34,178 nucleotides of DNA from IMG/VR virus record IMGVR_UViG_3300043908_002748, positions 1 through 34,178 of that record; one strand, 5' to 3'. A program made the position numbers and the translations under genes. The notes below the pieces were generated by a model. It searched no databases. It worked only from the letters and a program-made list of their open reading frames with translations, and was not told the origin of the DNA. This document shows positions 10,301-18,213 of the stretch, piece after piece (position 1 is the stretch's first letter; each line of letters begins with the position of its first letter). The stretch is from a virus. Lineage: Duplodnaviria; Caudoviricetes.

Positions 10301-10452
10301 TGCTGCAGAGCGCAGTGACGGCCGCCAGGCAACAGGCTCGCCAGGATCTGTTCAATGATCCCACCTACGGGTCTGAGATAGAAAGCGCATCCGAAGATTA
10401 CATTCAGCTCATGCGAGAGAAGAACGCTAACATCAGGGATATGATGCGATGA
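7354..10452 (+). CDS. Large internal virion (ejection) protein, gp16-like
   Basis: 1032 aa. Motifs LSNPITHIKN, PFFKTPYN and GWQPYSIRVGDKYISY are typical of large podovirus ejection proteins; last gene before the fibre. Confidence 0.75.
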   Translation: MSIDPNAPEALANQVGLAGGLLEPLTGAELTQPDPSAFEFSQAPDSEFDLLAPIKTVEQDEIQLAMSGPISKNLARLIGFDFSGTFGDAAKKVDDMAANRGNLDTSGRTDVEGEQLTFEDGVYAPYERGSVLPNLRAEGEMPNLRFDRPKLADEERAQMVIEGVDREVEIQPDGMLDDFRAVGSRGDEKIPDEGRVLSTIQAISSTYSGQIDEAKRGVIETEATRQMADILGMDANKLSRAILGRKPGQAISLTGPNGQPVGMAETMLASRDLLVTEIKYLDELAKKAETGTDEDALRFREQLELVTQLQMQIKGAQTEIARALGQFRIPARGGQAGAAAETRSADITTLLEEYGGSEDVRLMAKAYLEAGSVADRAAITRAGSKFKKFGDAFYEAWINILLSNPITHIKNNVGNILIMGAHVAETGMAATVGTARRAMGGEGGVYFGEVQAQLFGAMMAMQDAWSASGKAFKTGEAPILGSKIDGQRGKRPVRAFSAEGFEAQGPLGVTADVLGSVFTLGRAPTKMLEFEDTFFKVVAQRMSLYQQAYRTAKGEGLTGDALSSRIAEFVYDPPASALKEADAHAKYVTLQTDLDAAGKALNGVRKIPMVRYFLPFFKTPYNAAKYAMVERSPLGFAYGESARAIKRGKAPGASPADKAAADMARTRIYVGSMTMMTVGMMAANGQITGAGPADPELKAALRRTGWQPYSIRVGDKYISYAGAEPFSTTLGLAADAAELGMSSSLDGASWERALMAAGGAISYNMTNKTFLQGFANLVSTVNDPGRYANGTVDSFVRSLVPRLIAQTEKVQDPLVRDARSVIDQLRSQVPWLSNTLPAKRNFWGQKVMLSPALGPDMLSPIYTSTIGPNPAAEGENAAQRAFDLDQMFITLRWGPGKHPDVYSQNGIKVGLKPKEIEQFHIYAGARSLEYIEEVVENDNFQRLFKIWNDEVSQPTTLMDVQIADKTLTPSTNAQEARELCIDMLQSAVTAARQQARQDLFNDPTYGSEIESASEDYIQLMREKNANIRDMMR

Positions 10453-13109
10453 CGGTATCAACAACCAGCAATAAGGTCAGTTTTAGTGCCAATGGCAGCA
10501 CGACCGTCTTTGCCTATAACTTTAAGATCTTTGCTGACTCGGATCTGACGGTCATAATCAGAGATGCGGACGGTGCTGAAACGACAAAGACGCTGACCAC
10601 GCACTATACCGTCTCGGGCGCTGGATCTGCATCTGGAGGCAATGTGACCTTTACCAGCGGCAACACGCCGGCCAATGGTGAGACTGTTGTCATCCAGCGC
10701 CAGCTCACCAAGACACAAGGCACCGACTACGTTGCCAATGATCCTTTCCCAGCGGAAAGCCACGAAGACGCACTGGACCGCCTGACCTTCATCACGCAGG
10801 AGCTTCAAGAAGAGGTTGATCGCTCGATCAAGGCCTCGGTGACTAACACGATTTCTGGCGCTGAGTTTACGGTCTCGGCAACTGATCGGGCCAACAAGGT
10901 CTTCGCTTTCGATGGTTCGGGCGACCTGGCAGTAACGCAGGAGCTTGGCACCTTCCGAGGCAACTGGGCTGCAAGCACGGCGTATGCGGTGCGCGACCTG
11001 GTGAAAGACACCAGCACCAACAACATCTTCATCGTAAACACAGCGCACACCAGCTCCGGCTCCCAGCCGCTCACGAGCAATGCTAACAGCGCCAAGTATG
11101 ATCTAATCGTTGATGCTGCCACTGCCACCACTGCTCAGACAGCCGCCGCGTCCAGCGCCAGCTCTGCGAGTACCAGCGCGTCCACGGCGACGACTAAAGC
11201 CTCAGAGGCATCGACAAGCGCTGCAACAGCTTCAACTCAAGCTGGCATTGCCACTGCAAAGGCGGTTTTGACTGCCGCAGACGCAGTTTCAACTGCCGCT
11301 GATGTAGTGTCCACAAATGCAGATGTAGTGACTACAAATGCGGATGCAGCGACGACCACTGCTGACCGCGCCCAAGTCAATACTGATAAAGGTGTTGTCG
11401 CAGCCGACAAAGCGACAGTGGCAGCAGACAAAGCAACGGTGGCCACTGACAAAGCTGCTGCGGCATCAAGCGCCTCTTCTGCCTCGACATCTGCCTCGAC
11501 GGCGACGACAAAGGCCGCAGAGGCATCGACTTCTGCCAGCAATGCCTCGACTTCTGAGACCAATAGTGCGTCATCGGCAACCGCATCGGCATCGTCTGCC
11601 ACGGCTGCGGCCGCAAGTCAGACGGCAGCGGCTGCCAGTGCTGCTTCTGCTGCCACAGCATTTGACAATTTCGATGATCGTTTTCTTGGCAGCCTCTCAA
11701 GCGATCCAAGCACCGATAATGACGGTAATGCACTGGTGACTGGTGCGCTGTATTTCAACACGACAGCTAACGAGATGCGGGTCTTCGATGGCGGCAATTT
11801 TATCGCCGCCACATCTGCTGGCAATGTCTCGCTTATACTCTATGAATACACGGCGACCAATGGGCAGACCACATTCTCAGGCTCTGACGACAACAGCGCC
11901 ACGCTGTCTTACACGGCAGACAATATTCAGGTGGTGATGAACGGTGTCGTTCTCGACCCATCTGACTTCACTGCTACCAACGGCACAAGCGTCGTGCTGG
12001 CCTCTGGTGCGGCTCTCAATGACCTTGTGAACATCTATGCGTTCAAGTCATTCACCACGGCTGACATGGTGAGCAAGAGTGCTGGCGGCACATTTGCTGG
12101 TGCGGTTGGCTTTAGCGGCGGCATCACTGGCGATGTTGCTTTTGACACCAGCACGCTCAAAGTCGACGCAGCTAACAATAGAGTGGGCATTTCTACTGCT
12201 TCGCCCACCGCACCGCTGCATCTCAACACCTCTGCAAGCGGCGATATCGCTATCCTTAACACCAGCGCAAACAGTGGCACAGGATTGTTTATTAACAGCC
12301 AGACAGCCAATCAAATTGATGTTGTCGGCTATGATGGTAGCGCAGCCAATGCTGTGAACATCAGGTCTGGTGGTGCGACTGGTTCAGGGTTGAATGTAAA
12401 TACCAGCAATAATGTCGGCATTGGGACGACCAGCCCTGTCAGCCAACTGACATTGGCTAACACCAGCGACATTGTATTCACGCAAAACGGCTACGGAATT
12501 TCGTGGGGTGGTGACAACGGCAGTCCAAGAATTTTCGGCACGTCCGGCGGTGCTTTAAGCTTCAAGCACGGTGGCGGTTCGACTGCTGTGACCATCGACA
12601 CCAGCGGCACCGTTTTAGTCGGATCAACTAGTTTTTCCGAAGATGGCAGCACAAACTCTATAAAAATCCATCCCGACGAAATCTTGACCGGAACCACAAG
12701 CACTTCAGCGAACACTCATTTAGGCTTTTCAAACCCGAATGGTCGTGTCGGTTCAATCATTACAAATGGGTCTGGAACAGCTTTCAATACCTCGTCAGAC
12801 TACCGCTTAAAAGAAAACGTAGCTGACATGACCGGCGCTATCACCCGTGTGAAGGCACTGGCACCGAAGCGGTTCAACTTCATCGCAGACGCCGACAGGA
12901 CCGTCGATGGCTTCCTAGCCCACGAGGCGCAAGCAGTCGTGCCGGAGGCTGTAACTGGCACTAAGGATGAAGTCGATGATGACGGCAACGCGGTCATGCA
13001 GGGCATCGATCAATCCAAGTTGGTCCCTCTCTTGACCGCAGCCCTGAAGGAAAGCATCGCCAAGATTGAAACATTGGAAGCCAAGGTCACGGCACTGGAG
13101 AACGCATAA
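10449..13109 (+). CDS. Tail fibre with T7 gp17-like N-terminal anchor and C-terminal peptidase S74 chaperone
   Basis: N-terminal anchor (EDALDRLT), Ala/Ser/Thr coiled-coil shaft, VGIGTTSP-type repeats, then TSSDYRLKENV...GFLAHEAQAVVPEAV...IDQSKLVPLL. Confidence 0.9.
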   Translation: MTVSTTSNKVSFSANGSTTVFAYNFKIFADSDLTVIIRDADGAETTKTLTTHYTVSGAGSASGGNVTFTSGNTPANGETVVIQRQLTKTQGTDYVANDPFPAESHEDALDRLTFITQELQEEVDRSIKASVTNTISGAEFTVSATDRANKVFAFDGSGDLAVTQELGTFRGNWAASTAYAVRDLVKDTSTNNIFIVNTAHTSSGSQPLTSNANSAKYDLIVDAATATTAQTAAASSASSASTSASTATTKASEASTSAATASTQAGIATAKAVLTAADAVSTAADVVSTNADVVTTNADAATTTADRAQVNTDKGVVAADKATVAADKATVATDKAAAASSASSASTSASTATTKAAEASTSASNASTSETNSASSATASASSATAAAASQTAAAASAASAATAFDNFDDRFLGSLSSDPSTDNDGNALVTGALYFNTTANEMRVFDGGNFIAATSAGNVSLILYEYTATNGQTTFSGSDDNSATLSYTADNIQVVMNGVVLDPSDFTATNGTSVVLASGAALNDLVNIYAFKSFTTADMVSKSAGGTFAGAVGFSGGITGDVAFDTSTLKVDAANNRVGISTASPTAPLHLNTSASGDIAILNTSANSGTGLFINSQTANQIDVVGYDGSAANAVNIRSGGATGSGLNVNTSNNVGIGTTSPVSQLTLANTSDIVFTQNGYGISWGGDNGSPRIFGTSGGALSFKHGGGSTAVTIDTSGTVLVGSTSFSEDGSTNSIKIHPDEILTGTTSTSANTHLGFSNPNGRVGSIITNGSGTAFNTSSDYRLKENVADMTGAITRVKALAPKRFNFIADADRTVDGFLAHEAQAVVPEAVTGTKDEVDDDGNAVMQGIDQSKLVPLLTAALKESIAKIETLEAKVTALENA
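11271..11460 (+). repeat. Degenerate 21-bp tandem repeats encoding heptads in the fibre shaft
   Basis: TAADAVS/TAADVVS/TNADVVT/TNADAAT/TTADRAQ/VNTDKGV/VAADKAT/VAADKAT/VATDKAA, flanked by two copies of AASSASSASTSASTATTKAxEASTSA. Confidence 0.85.
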
Positions 13110-14134
13110 TGAGCAGAGCAAGAGATTTCGCAGACCTCGCCGGGGCGGCTGATGCTGGTGGCATTACCGGCAAAAACCTCATCATCAACGGTGCGATGCA
13201 GGTGGCACAGCGGGGTACGAGTGTAAGTAGCTTCAGCAGTGAGGGATATGCCTCTTTAGATAGGTGGAAGCTGATAGGCGCAAACTTTGGAACATGGACC
13301 GTTTCACAGTCAACTGATGTTCCTAGTGGTCAAGGCTTTGGCTACTCTATGAAATTAGATTGCACTTCCGCTGACACAAGCATAGGCGCAGATGATAGCT
13401 TGCGGTTGCGTCAAGGCATTGAAGGTCAAAACGTACAGAGTCTCGCCAAAGGGACTTCTGGGGCAAAAAGCGTCACGTTCTCTTTTTGGGTAAAATCCAA
13501 CAAAACCGGAACATACGGCTTTGAATTTAGAGACCAAGACAACACAAGACATAACTGTAGGACTTATACCATTGATTCAGCTAATACTTGGGAGAAGAAA
13601 ACTCTTACATTCCCCGGTGACACAAGCGGTGCTTTAGATAATGACAATGCGATGTCGCTACAGCCTCAATGGTTTTTGATAGCTGGAAGCAACCTTACTA
13701 GCGGAACCGCACAAACGACTTGGGGTTCTGTTGTCGCTGCGAATAGAGCCGTAGGTCATAACGTCAACTTAGCTGATAGCACCAGCAACGAATGGTATAT
13801 TTGCGGGGTGCAGATGGAAATCGGCGAACAGGCCACGCCGTTTGACCACTCAGAAAGCTATGGCGAAACTCTGGCTAAATGTCAGAGGTATCATCAACGC
13901 CGAAGCGGCAGAATCAACACTCTTCTAACATCTACTAGCGGTGCAAACCGACACGCGCACATTTATTTTACTCAATCCATGAGAGTTGCGCCGACTGTAA
14001 CTGGCACAGCTAGTTCTCTGACTTTCTTTTCTCAACACATCGACGAACAATCATGCGACGCGGGGAATACATTTCCTAACAGCGGAGCGGGAGACTTTTA
14101 CATTGAAAGTGTTGTCATGGATGCGGAGTTGTAA
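13109..14134 (+). CDS. Second fibre / putative carbohydrate-binding receptor-binding protein
   Basis: 341 aa. KNLIINGAMQVAQRG...GVQMEIGEQATPF...LAKCQRY pattern common in marine phage fibre genes. Confidence 0.7.
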   Translation: MSRARDFADLAGAADAGGITGKNLIINGAMQVAQRGTSVSSFSSEGYASLDRWKLIGANFGTWTVSQSTDVPSGQGFGYSMKLDCTSADTSIGADDSLRLRQGIEGQNVQSLAKGTSGAKSVTFSFWVKSNKTGTYGFEFRDQDNTRHNCRTYTIDSANTWEKKTLTFPGDTSGALDNDNAMSLQPQWFLIAGSNLTSGTAQTTWGSVVAANRAVGHNVNLADSTSNEWYICGVQMEIGEQATPFDHSESYGETLAKCQRYHQRRSGRINTLLTSTSGANRHAHIYFTQSMRVAPTVTGTASSLTFFSQHIDEQSCDAGNTFPNSGAGDFYIESVVMDAEL

Positions 14135-14136
14135 AA

Positions 14137-14325
14137 ATGGATGACATGGACATCACATCAGCACAGTTTTGGGCTAGCACTATCGACGGTAGCGATACAA
14201 GTATCAAAGCCACAATCAATGGCGAGGTGCTATTCGTGCCTAATAACGCACCCGGCAACCGCCACTACGACGAAATCATGCGACAGCAGTCGGAAGGACT
14301 GCTGACCATTCAGGATGCTGAATAA
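14137..14325 (+). CDS. Small fibre-associated protein
   Basis: 62 aa acidic protein with VPxxxxGNRHY motif, immediately after the fibre gene. Confidence 0.7.
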   Translation: MDDMDITSAQFWASTIDGSDTSIKATINGEVLFVPNNAPGNRHYDEIMRQQSEGLLTIQDAE

Positions 14326-14495
14326 TGAGCAAGCCCACAGCCGCATCTGTACAGGCCCAGATCGACACGCATGAGGCGGTGTGCGCTGAACGCTGGAAGG
14401 AAACCATCCTGCGTATCAAGCGCATTGAGACGATTATGATCGGCACAGCCGGCACCACCATTGTCCTGCTTGTAGGCGTCCTGCTGGGGCAGTGA
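14325..14495 (+). CDS. Small coiled-coil protein with C-terminal TM helix (lysis region)
   Basis: Not in ORF track. MSKPTAASVQAQIDTHEAVCAERWKETILRIKRIETIMIGTAGTTIVLLVGVLLGQ; TAATG-coupled to the previous gene. Confidence 0.75.
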   Translation: MSKPTAASVQAQIDTHEAVCAERWKETILRIKRIETIMIGTAGTTIVLLVGVLLGQ

Positions 14496-14671
14496 TCCAC
14501 GCTTTTCTGCTGTTCGTGTTTCTGGACGGCAAGCTGGTTTCAAACGATCTCTATTTCTATAGCGTTGATGACTGCACTTACTTTGCTCGTGCGCTGCATA
14601 AGCAAGGTGGGCAGATCACGGCCTATTGCCTGCCTAAGCTCATAGATTCAGACAAAGTGAAGGTGTACTGA
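14492..14671 (+). CDS. Small hypothetical protein
   Basis: Not in ORF track. GTG start, MIHAFLLFVFLDG...DDC...TAYCLP...KVY; overlaps stop/start codons on both sides. Confidence 0.7.
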   Translation: MIHAFLLFVFLDGKLVSNDLYFYSVDDCTYFARALHKQGGQITAYCLPKLIDSDKVKVY

Positions 14672-15369
14672 TGGATCCTGTCACGCTAATGGCCGGCGCC
14701 ACGGCGAGCTATAACGCCGTGAAGCGCGCCATTGCCGCTGGTCAGGAGCTCGAGTCCATGATCGGCAGTCTGTCGAAGTGGATGAGCTGCTTGTCGGATC
14801 TCGACCAGGCAGAGCGTGAAGTAAAGAATCCTCCGATTTTCAAGAAGCTGTTCTCCGGCAAGAGCATCGAGCAAGAAGCTCTCGAGATCTTCGCGGCCAA
14901 ACAAAAGGCACAGCAGCAGCGTGATGAGCTGCGCCAGTTTATCGGCCTGACCCTGGGCATGTCCAAGTGGAACGAGCTGGTCGCTACTGAGGCGCGTATC
15001 AGAAAGCAACGCCAGGAGACCATGTACGCGCAGCGTGAGCGCCGGCGTAAGTTCGTGGAGATCGTGGCCTGGGTTGTCATGATCGGCGCTGGCTTGGCGG
15101 TGCTGACGGCCTTCATCCTGTTACTCAAAGCTCATACGGCGCAAGCGCAAGCCGCCAACGACTTAACCGTTTGCCGGCTGGTGAAGTGCATGAAGATCGA
15201 TAAGCGCCAGGAGGCTTGCGTATATCGAGGTGCCCACAACACCCAGGAGACTCTGTTCTATAGCTACGGTGAATGGAAGCCGCGCGAATACCTCTGCCAG
15301 TGGAACCCTGACCAGCCGCCACCGCCGAATGTCTATGAGGTCTTGAAGGCCATCAAGGAAAGCCAGTGA
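14671..15369 (+). CDS. Membrane protein with C-terminal Cys-containing domain
   Basis: 232 aa. Helical N-domain, one TM segment, AQA motif, then a domain with four Cys. Confidence 0.75.
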   Translation: MDPVTLMAGATASYNAVKRAIAAGQELESMIGSLSKWMSCLSDLDQAEREVKNPPIFKKLFSGKSIEQEALEIFAAKQKAQQQRDELRQFIGLTLGMSKWNELVATEARIRKQRQETMYAQRERRRKFVEIVAWVVMIGAGLAVLTAFILLLKAHTAQAQAANDLTVCRLVKCMKIDKRQEACVYRGAHNTQETLFYSYGEWKPREYLCQWNPDQPPPPNVYEVLKAIKESQ

Positions 15370-15683
15370 CACAGAAGAAGTTCGAGCGCGACAGCAAGTT
15401 CGCGGAAGACTGGGATCTCGACGGTGATGGCCTGGTCAGTGATGACGAGGTCGAAAGCAGCAGACAGATTAAGCAGACGGAGACCGAGCTGCGCCGCCAC
15501 CTGGCTCAGCTGCGGATGGCTCGCTTTACGCTGGCAGCGATGGGCGCGTTCACGCTGGCCATGTTCTTCATCCCGCTGGAGCGGGTAGAGGCTTTGGCTG
15601 ATATCTCGAATCTTTTCTACATCTCGGGTGCCGGCATTGTCGGCGCCTACATGGGCTTCACTACCCTCGGAGGTAAGAAATAA
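15366..15683 (+). CDS. Two-TM membrane protein with EF-hand-like loop (holin/antiholin-like)
   Basis: DLDGDGLVSDDE loop plus two hydrophobic helices; next to the holin. Confidence 0.7.
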   Translation: MTQKKFERDSKFAEDWDLDGDGLVSDDEVESSRQIKQTETELRRHLAQLRMARFTLAAMGAFTLAMFFIPLERVEALADISNLFYISGAGIVGAYMGFTTLGGKK

Positions 15684-16054
15684 TGCTCGGAGTTTTAGCA
15701 TCCATTCTTGGCAATGGCGACGTCATCAAAAAGGGCATGGATCTGATCGATGATGTCCACAGCTCCGACGAGGAGATGGAGCGCGTCAAGGCTCAGGCCA
15801 AGATCGACACGATGGCAGCCTACGCTCCTTTTAAGGTTGCCCAACGCTACCTGGCGCTGATGTTCACTGCCACGTTTTTGCTGTCCTTCGCGCTTGTCCT
15901 GGTTATGACGCTGCTCGGCAAAACGAACATTCCTGACATCAAACAGGTCATCGATGACTTCTACCTGGGCGAGGCAATGCTCACCATCCTCGCGTTCTAT
16001 TTTGGCGGCGGGATGCTCGAGGGCGTGGTCGGCAAGGTGAAGGCCAAGAAATGA
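15683..16054 (+). CDS. Putative holin
   Basis: 123 aa, two clear TM helices, AFYFGG motif, directly upstream of the endolysin. Confidence 0.7.
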   Translation: MLGVLASILGNGDVIKKGMDLIDDVHSSDEEMERVKAQAKIDTMAAYAPFKVAQRYLALMFTATFLLSFALVLVMTLLGKTNIPDIKQVIDDFYLGEAMLTILAFYFGGGMLEGVVGKVKAKK

Positions 16055-16500
16055 AGCTATCTAAAAATTTCAGCCTGGTCGAAATGACCAAGAGCCAGAC
16101 GGCTCTTCGCAGGGGCATCGATAATACGCCGCACCCTAACCAGGTCGAACACTTGGAGAGGCTCTGTGAGGCCGTTCTGCAGCCAGTGAGGGATCATTTC
16201 GATAGACCCGTCACAATCACGAGCGGATATCGCTGCGCTGAGCTCTGTGTCGCCATCGGCTCGAAGCCGACCAGCCAACACGCGAAAGGCCAGGCAGCTG
16301 ACTTCGAGGTGCCTGGCGTCTCGAACATGGAGGTCGCGCAGTGGATCGCTGACAACCTCGAGTTCGATCAGCTGATCCTCGAGTGCTACACGGGCGGCAA
16401 CACCGGCTGGATTCATTGCTCGTATGTTCACGAGCCGCGCAAGGAGCTGCTCACCTACGATCGCGAAAACGGTTATCGGAAAGGACTGATCGATGCCTGA
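16051..16500 (+). CDS. Endolysin, peptidase M15A family
   Basis: LSKNFSLxE, ITSGYRC, SQHAKGQAADF and WIHCS zinc-peptidase motifs. Confidence 0.92.
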   Translation: MKLSKNFSLVEMTKSQTALRRGIDNTPHPNQVEHLERLCEAVLQPVRDHFDRPVTITSGYRCAELCVAIGSKPTSQHAKGQAADFEVPGVSNMEVAQWIADNLEFDQLILECYTGGNTGWIHCSYVHEPRKELLTYDRENGYRKGLIDA

Positions 16501-16651
16501 GAAACTTGAGAAGAGCTTGATGGCCCAGGCAAAGAAAAAGGGTCTCAAGGGCAAGAAGGCGGATGCCTATGTTTATGGCACACTGACCAAGGTGGCCGGG
16601 CCCAAGGGCGCGAAGAAGGCTGGCATGACTGGGTCTGTCCGCCGTGGCTAA
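16493..16651 (+). CDS. Small Lys-rich protein (52 aa)
   Basis: Not in ORF track. MPEKLEKSLMAQAKKKGLKGKKADAYVYGTLTKVAG...; AGGA RBS; overlaps neighbours. Confidence 0.7.
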   Translation: MPEKLEKSLMAQAKKKGLKGKKADAYVYGTLTKVAGPKGAKKAGMTGSVRRG

Positions 16652-16955
16652 GACGCCAGCCTGGCAACGCAAGGCCGGCAAGAATCCGAAAGGCGGCCTC
16701 AATGCCAAGGGCCGGGCTTCAGCTCGGCGCCAGGGGATGAACCTCAAGGCGCCTGTCAAGAAGGGTGACAACCCTAGACGCGCCAGCTTCCTCTCCCGCA
16801 TGGGCAACATGCGTGGCCCCGAGCGAGACAGCAAAGGCCGGCCGACCAGGCTGCTGCTGAGCTTGCGCGCCTGGGGAGCGAGCTCGAAGGCAGACGCTCG
16901 CAAGAAGGGCGCAGCAATTTCCAAACGCAACAGATCCAAGAAAGGAAAAGCGTGA
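16644..16955 (+). CDS. Basic protein (resembles DUF6321)
   Basis: 103 aa. AWQRKAGKNPKGGLNAKGRAS...RRASFLSRM...SLRAWG. Confidence 0.75.
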   Translation: MAKTPAWQRKAGKNPKGGLNAKGRASARRQGMNLKAPVKKGDNPRRASFLSRMGNMRGPERDSKGRPTRLLLSLRAWGASSKADARKKGAAISKRNRSKKGKA

Positions 16956-17050
16956 TGCCAAAACACACTGGTTATGGACTTAGCAAGGCCAAGAAGGCCA
17001 GCATCCTCAAGATGGCCGGCAAGAAAAAGCCACCAATGAAGAAGAAGTGA
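16955..17050 (+). CDS. Tiny Lys-rich peptide (31 aa)
   Basis: Not in ORF track. MPKHTGYGLSKAKKASILKMAGKKKPPMKKK; TGATG-coupled at both ends, AAGGA upstream. Confidence 0.65.
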   Translation: MPKHTGYGLSKAKKASILKMAGKKKPPMKKK

Positions 17051-17232
17051 TGGCGAAGAAATCGACCGTCAACAAGGCTGGCAACTACACCAAGCCTGGC
17101 ATGAGAAAGCGCATGTTCAAGTCGATCCTGGGCAGAGCTGTCCAAGGCACCGCAGCTGGCAAATGGTCAGCTCGGAAAGCTCAGCTCCTGGCTAAACGCT
17201 ACAAGGCAGCGGGTGGGGGATATCGAAACTAA
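17050..17232 (+). CDS. Basic protein (resembles N-terminal part of DUF5872)
   Basis: NYTKP...GKWSARKAQLLAKRYKAAGGGY motif. Confidence 0.75.
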   Translation: MAKKSTVNKAGNYTKPGMRKRMFKSILGRAVQGTAAGKWSARKAQLLAKRYKAAGGGYRN

Positions 17233-17465
17233 TGCACAATCCTCAGCACAGTTTGAAGCAATGGGGCAAACAAAATTGGCGGACCAAGAGCGGCAAGAAG
17301 AGCTCGGTCACGGGCGAGCGGTATCTGCCCGAGGCAGCGATCAAGTCGCTCAGCTCATCGGAATATGCTGCCACTACCAGGGCGAAGCGCAAGGCGAAAT
17401 CCCAGGGCAAGCAGTTCTCGAAGCAGCCCGTAAGCATTATGAAAAAGACCAGGCGGTTTCGGTAG
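17232..17465 (+). CDS. Basic protein (resembles C-terminal part of DUF5872)
   Basis: QHSLKQWGKQNWRTKSGK...TGERYLPEAAIKSLS motif; TAATG-coupled. Confidence 0.75.
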   Translation: MHNPQHSLKQWGKQNWRTKSGKKSSVTGERYLPEAAIKSLSSSEYAATTRAKRKAKSQGKQFSKQPVSIMKKTRRFR

Positions 17466-17612
17466 CCGGTCACTAATCCAAGTGACCAGCGGTCACTTTT
17501 CGGTCACGGACGAGGTGCTCTGACATAACTTTCAGCATGTCTCGATGACATTTACCTTGGACGTAAGCGATTGTTTTGCTACGTTTCAGAGCATGTCAGA
17601 GCATGGTTTCGA

Positions 17613-17639
17613 CGGGTTCGAGTCCCGTCACTCCCGCCA
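17613..17639 (+). other. attP: attP core: 3' end of a tRNA (probably tRNA-Asp)
   Basis: CGGGTTCGAGTCCCGTCACTCCCGCCA gives a T-arm, acceptor 3' strand, discriminator G and CCA, with no 5' tRNA half upstream. Lies about 1 kb from the integrase. Confidence 0.85.
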
Positions 17640-17653
17640 TCACTAAGGCCAGT

Positions 17654-17691
17654 AAGTCTCTGAAAGCATTAGCTTTTGGAGGCTTTTTTTT
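17654..17691 (+). terminator. Rho-independent terminator after the att core
   Basis: 14-bp stem AAGTCTCTGAAAGC-ATTA-GCTTTTGGAGGCTT (3 G-U pairs) followed by a T run. Confidence 0.8.
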
Positions 17692-17747
17692 GTGCCTGGG
17701 TCACTGTTCGGTCACTGCAATATCAAGACAGGGCGCGGGATTGTCCC

Positions 17748-17776
17748 TTGACCTTGGCATATTATGCCCCTATATT
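17748..17776 (+). promoter_or_regulatory. Sigma70 promoter of the integrase operon with an operator in the spacer
   Basis: TTGACC-17bp-TATATT; the spacer is TTGGCA-N5-TGCCCC. Confidence 0.75.
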
Positions 17777-17809
17777 TGATATGTAGGGTCAATATTGAGA
17801 GGAGATGAG

Positions 17810-18019
17810 ATGCCCAAGACTGCGTTTGAGACCGTCAAAAAGCTCGAGGCTAAACTCGCCGCCTTGAAAAAACTAAAGCCCACACCGGGCAAGGGCTGGG
17901 CCGTCATCAAAGTCAAGGAAAAGCTCGCTGAGCTTTGCGCTCCGGTCGAGGGCTGCGAGGAGTGTGAGCTCTTCGAGACCAAGTGTGTTGAGTGTCTGAT
18001 GTATGAGGAGGCTGCCTGA
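17810..18019 (+). CDS. Small hypothetical protein with Cys cluster
   Basis: GAGGAG RBS before ATG 17810; C-terminal C..CEEC..CVEC. Confidence 0.7.
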   Translation: MPKTAFETVKKLEAKLAALKKLKPTPGKGWAVIKVKEKLAELCAPVEGCEECELFETKCVECLMYEEAA

Positions 18020-18213
18020 TGACTGTTGAGTATCACGAGATCTGGGTCTGGCCTGACTTAACGGTCAAGCAGGATCACGAGCCTTTCAAGGCTTTCACCT
18101 GGCGCGGCCAGGAGGAGGCCGGCATTGCCAAGGCTTGGGAGGAGGCGCCCAAGTTCGGCGTCGTTCCTTTCCTAGTGACGGCGCGGCCAGCAGAGGAGGT
18201 TGCCCATGCCTGA
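18019..18213 (+). CDS. Hypothetical protein
   Basis: 64 aa, AGGAGG RBS, TGATG coupling. Confidence 0.75.
   Translation: MTVEYHEIWVWPDLTVKQDHEPFKAFTWRGQEEAGIAKAWEEAPKFGVVPFLVTARPAEEVAHA

Larger units (their letters stand above)
17467..17716. repeat. Integrase arm-type repeats flanking the attP core
   Basis: (C)GGTCACT copies at 17467, 17481 (inverted), 17490, 17501 (CGGTCACG), 17699 and 17709; direct pairs have an 11-bp period. Also TCAGAGCATG twice at 17586-17605 with an inverted copy at 17516-17526 (possible Xis sites). Confidence 0.75.

Noticed and set aside
10449-14325. BPP-1-type diversity-generating retroelement
   Set aside because: No reverse transcriptase ORF and no TR/VR repeat pair seen.
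17560-17639. Complete phage tRNA gene
   Set aside because: Only the T-arm and acceptor 3' strand are present; upstream sequence gives no D-arm, anticodon arm or 5' acceptor strand.
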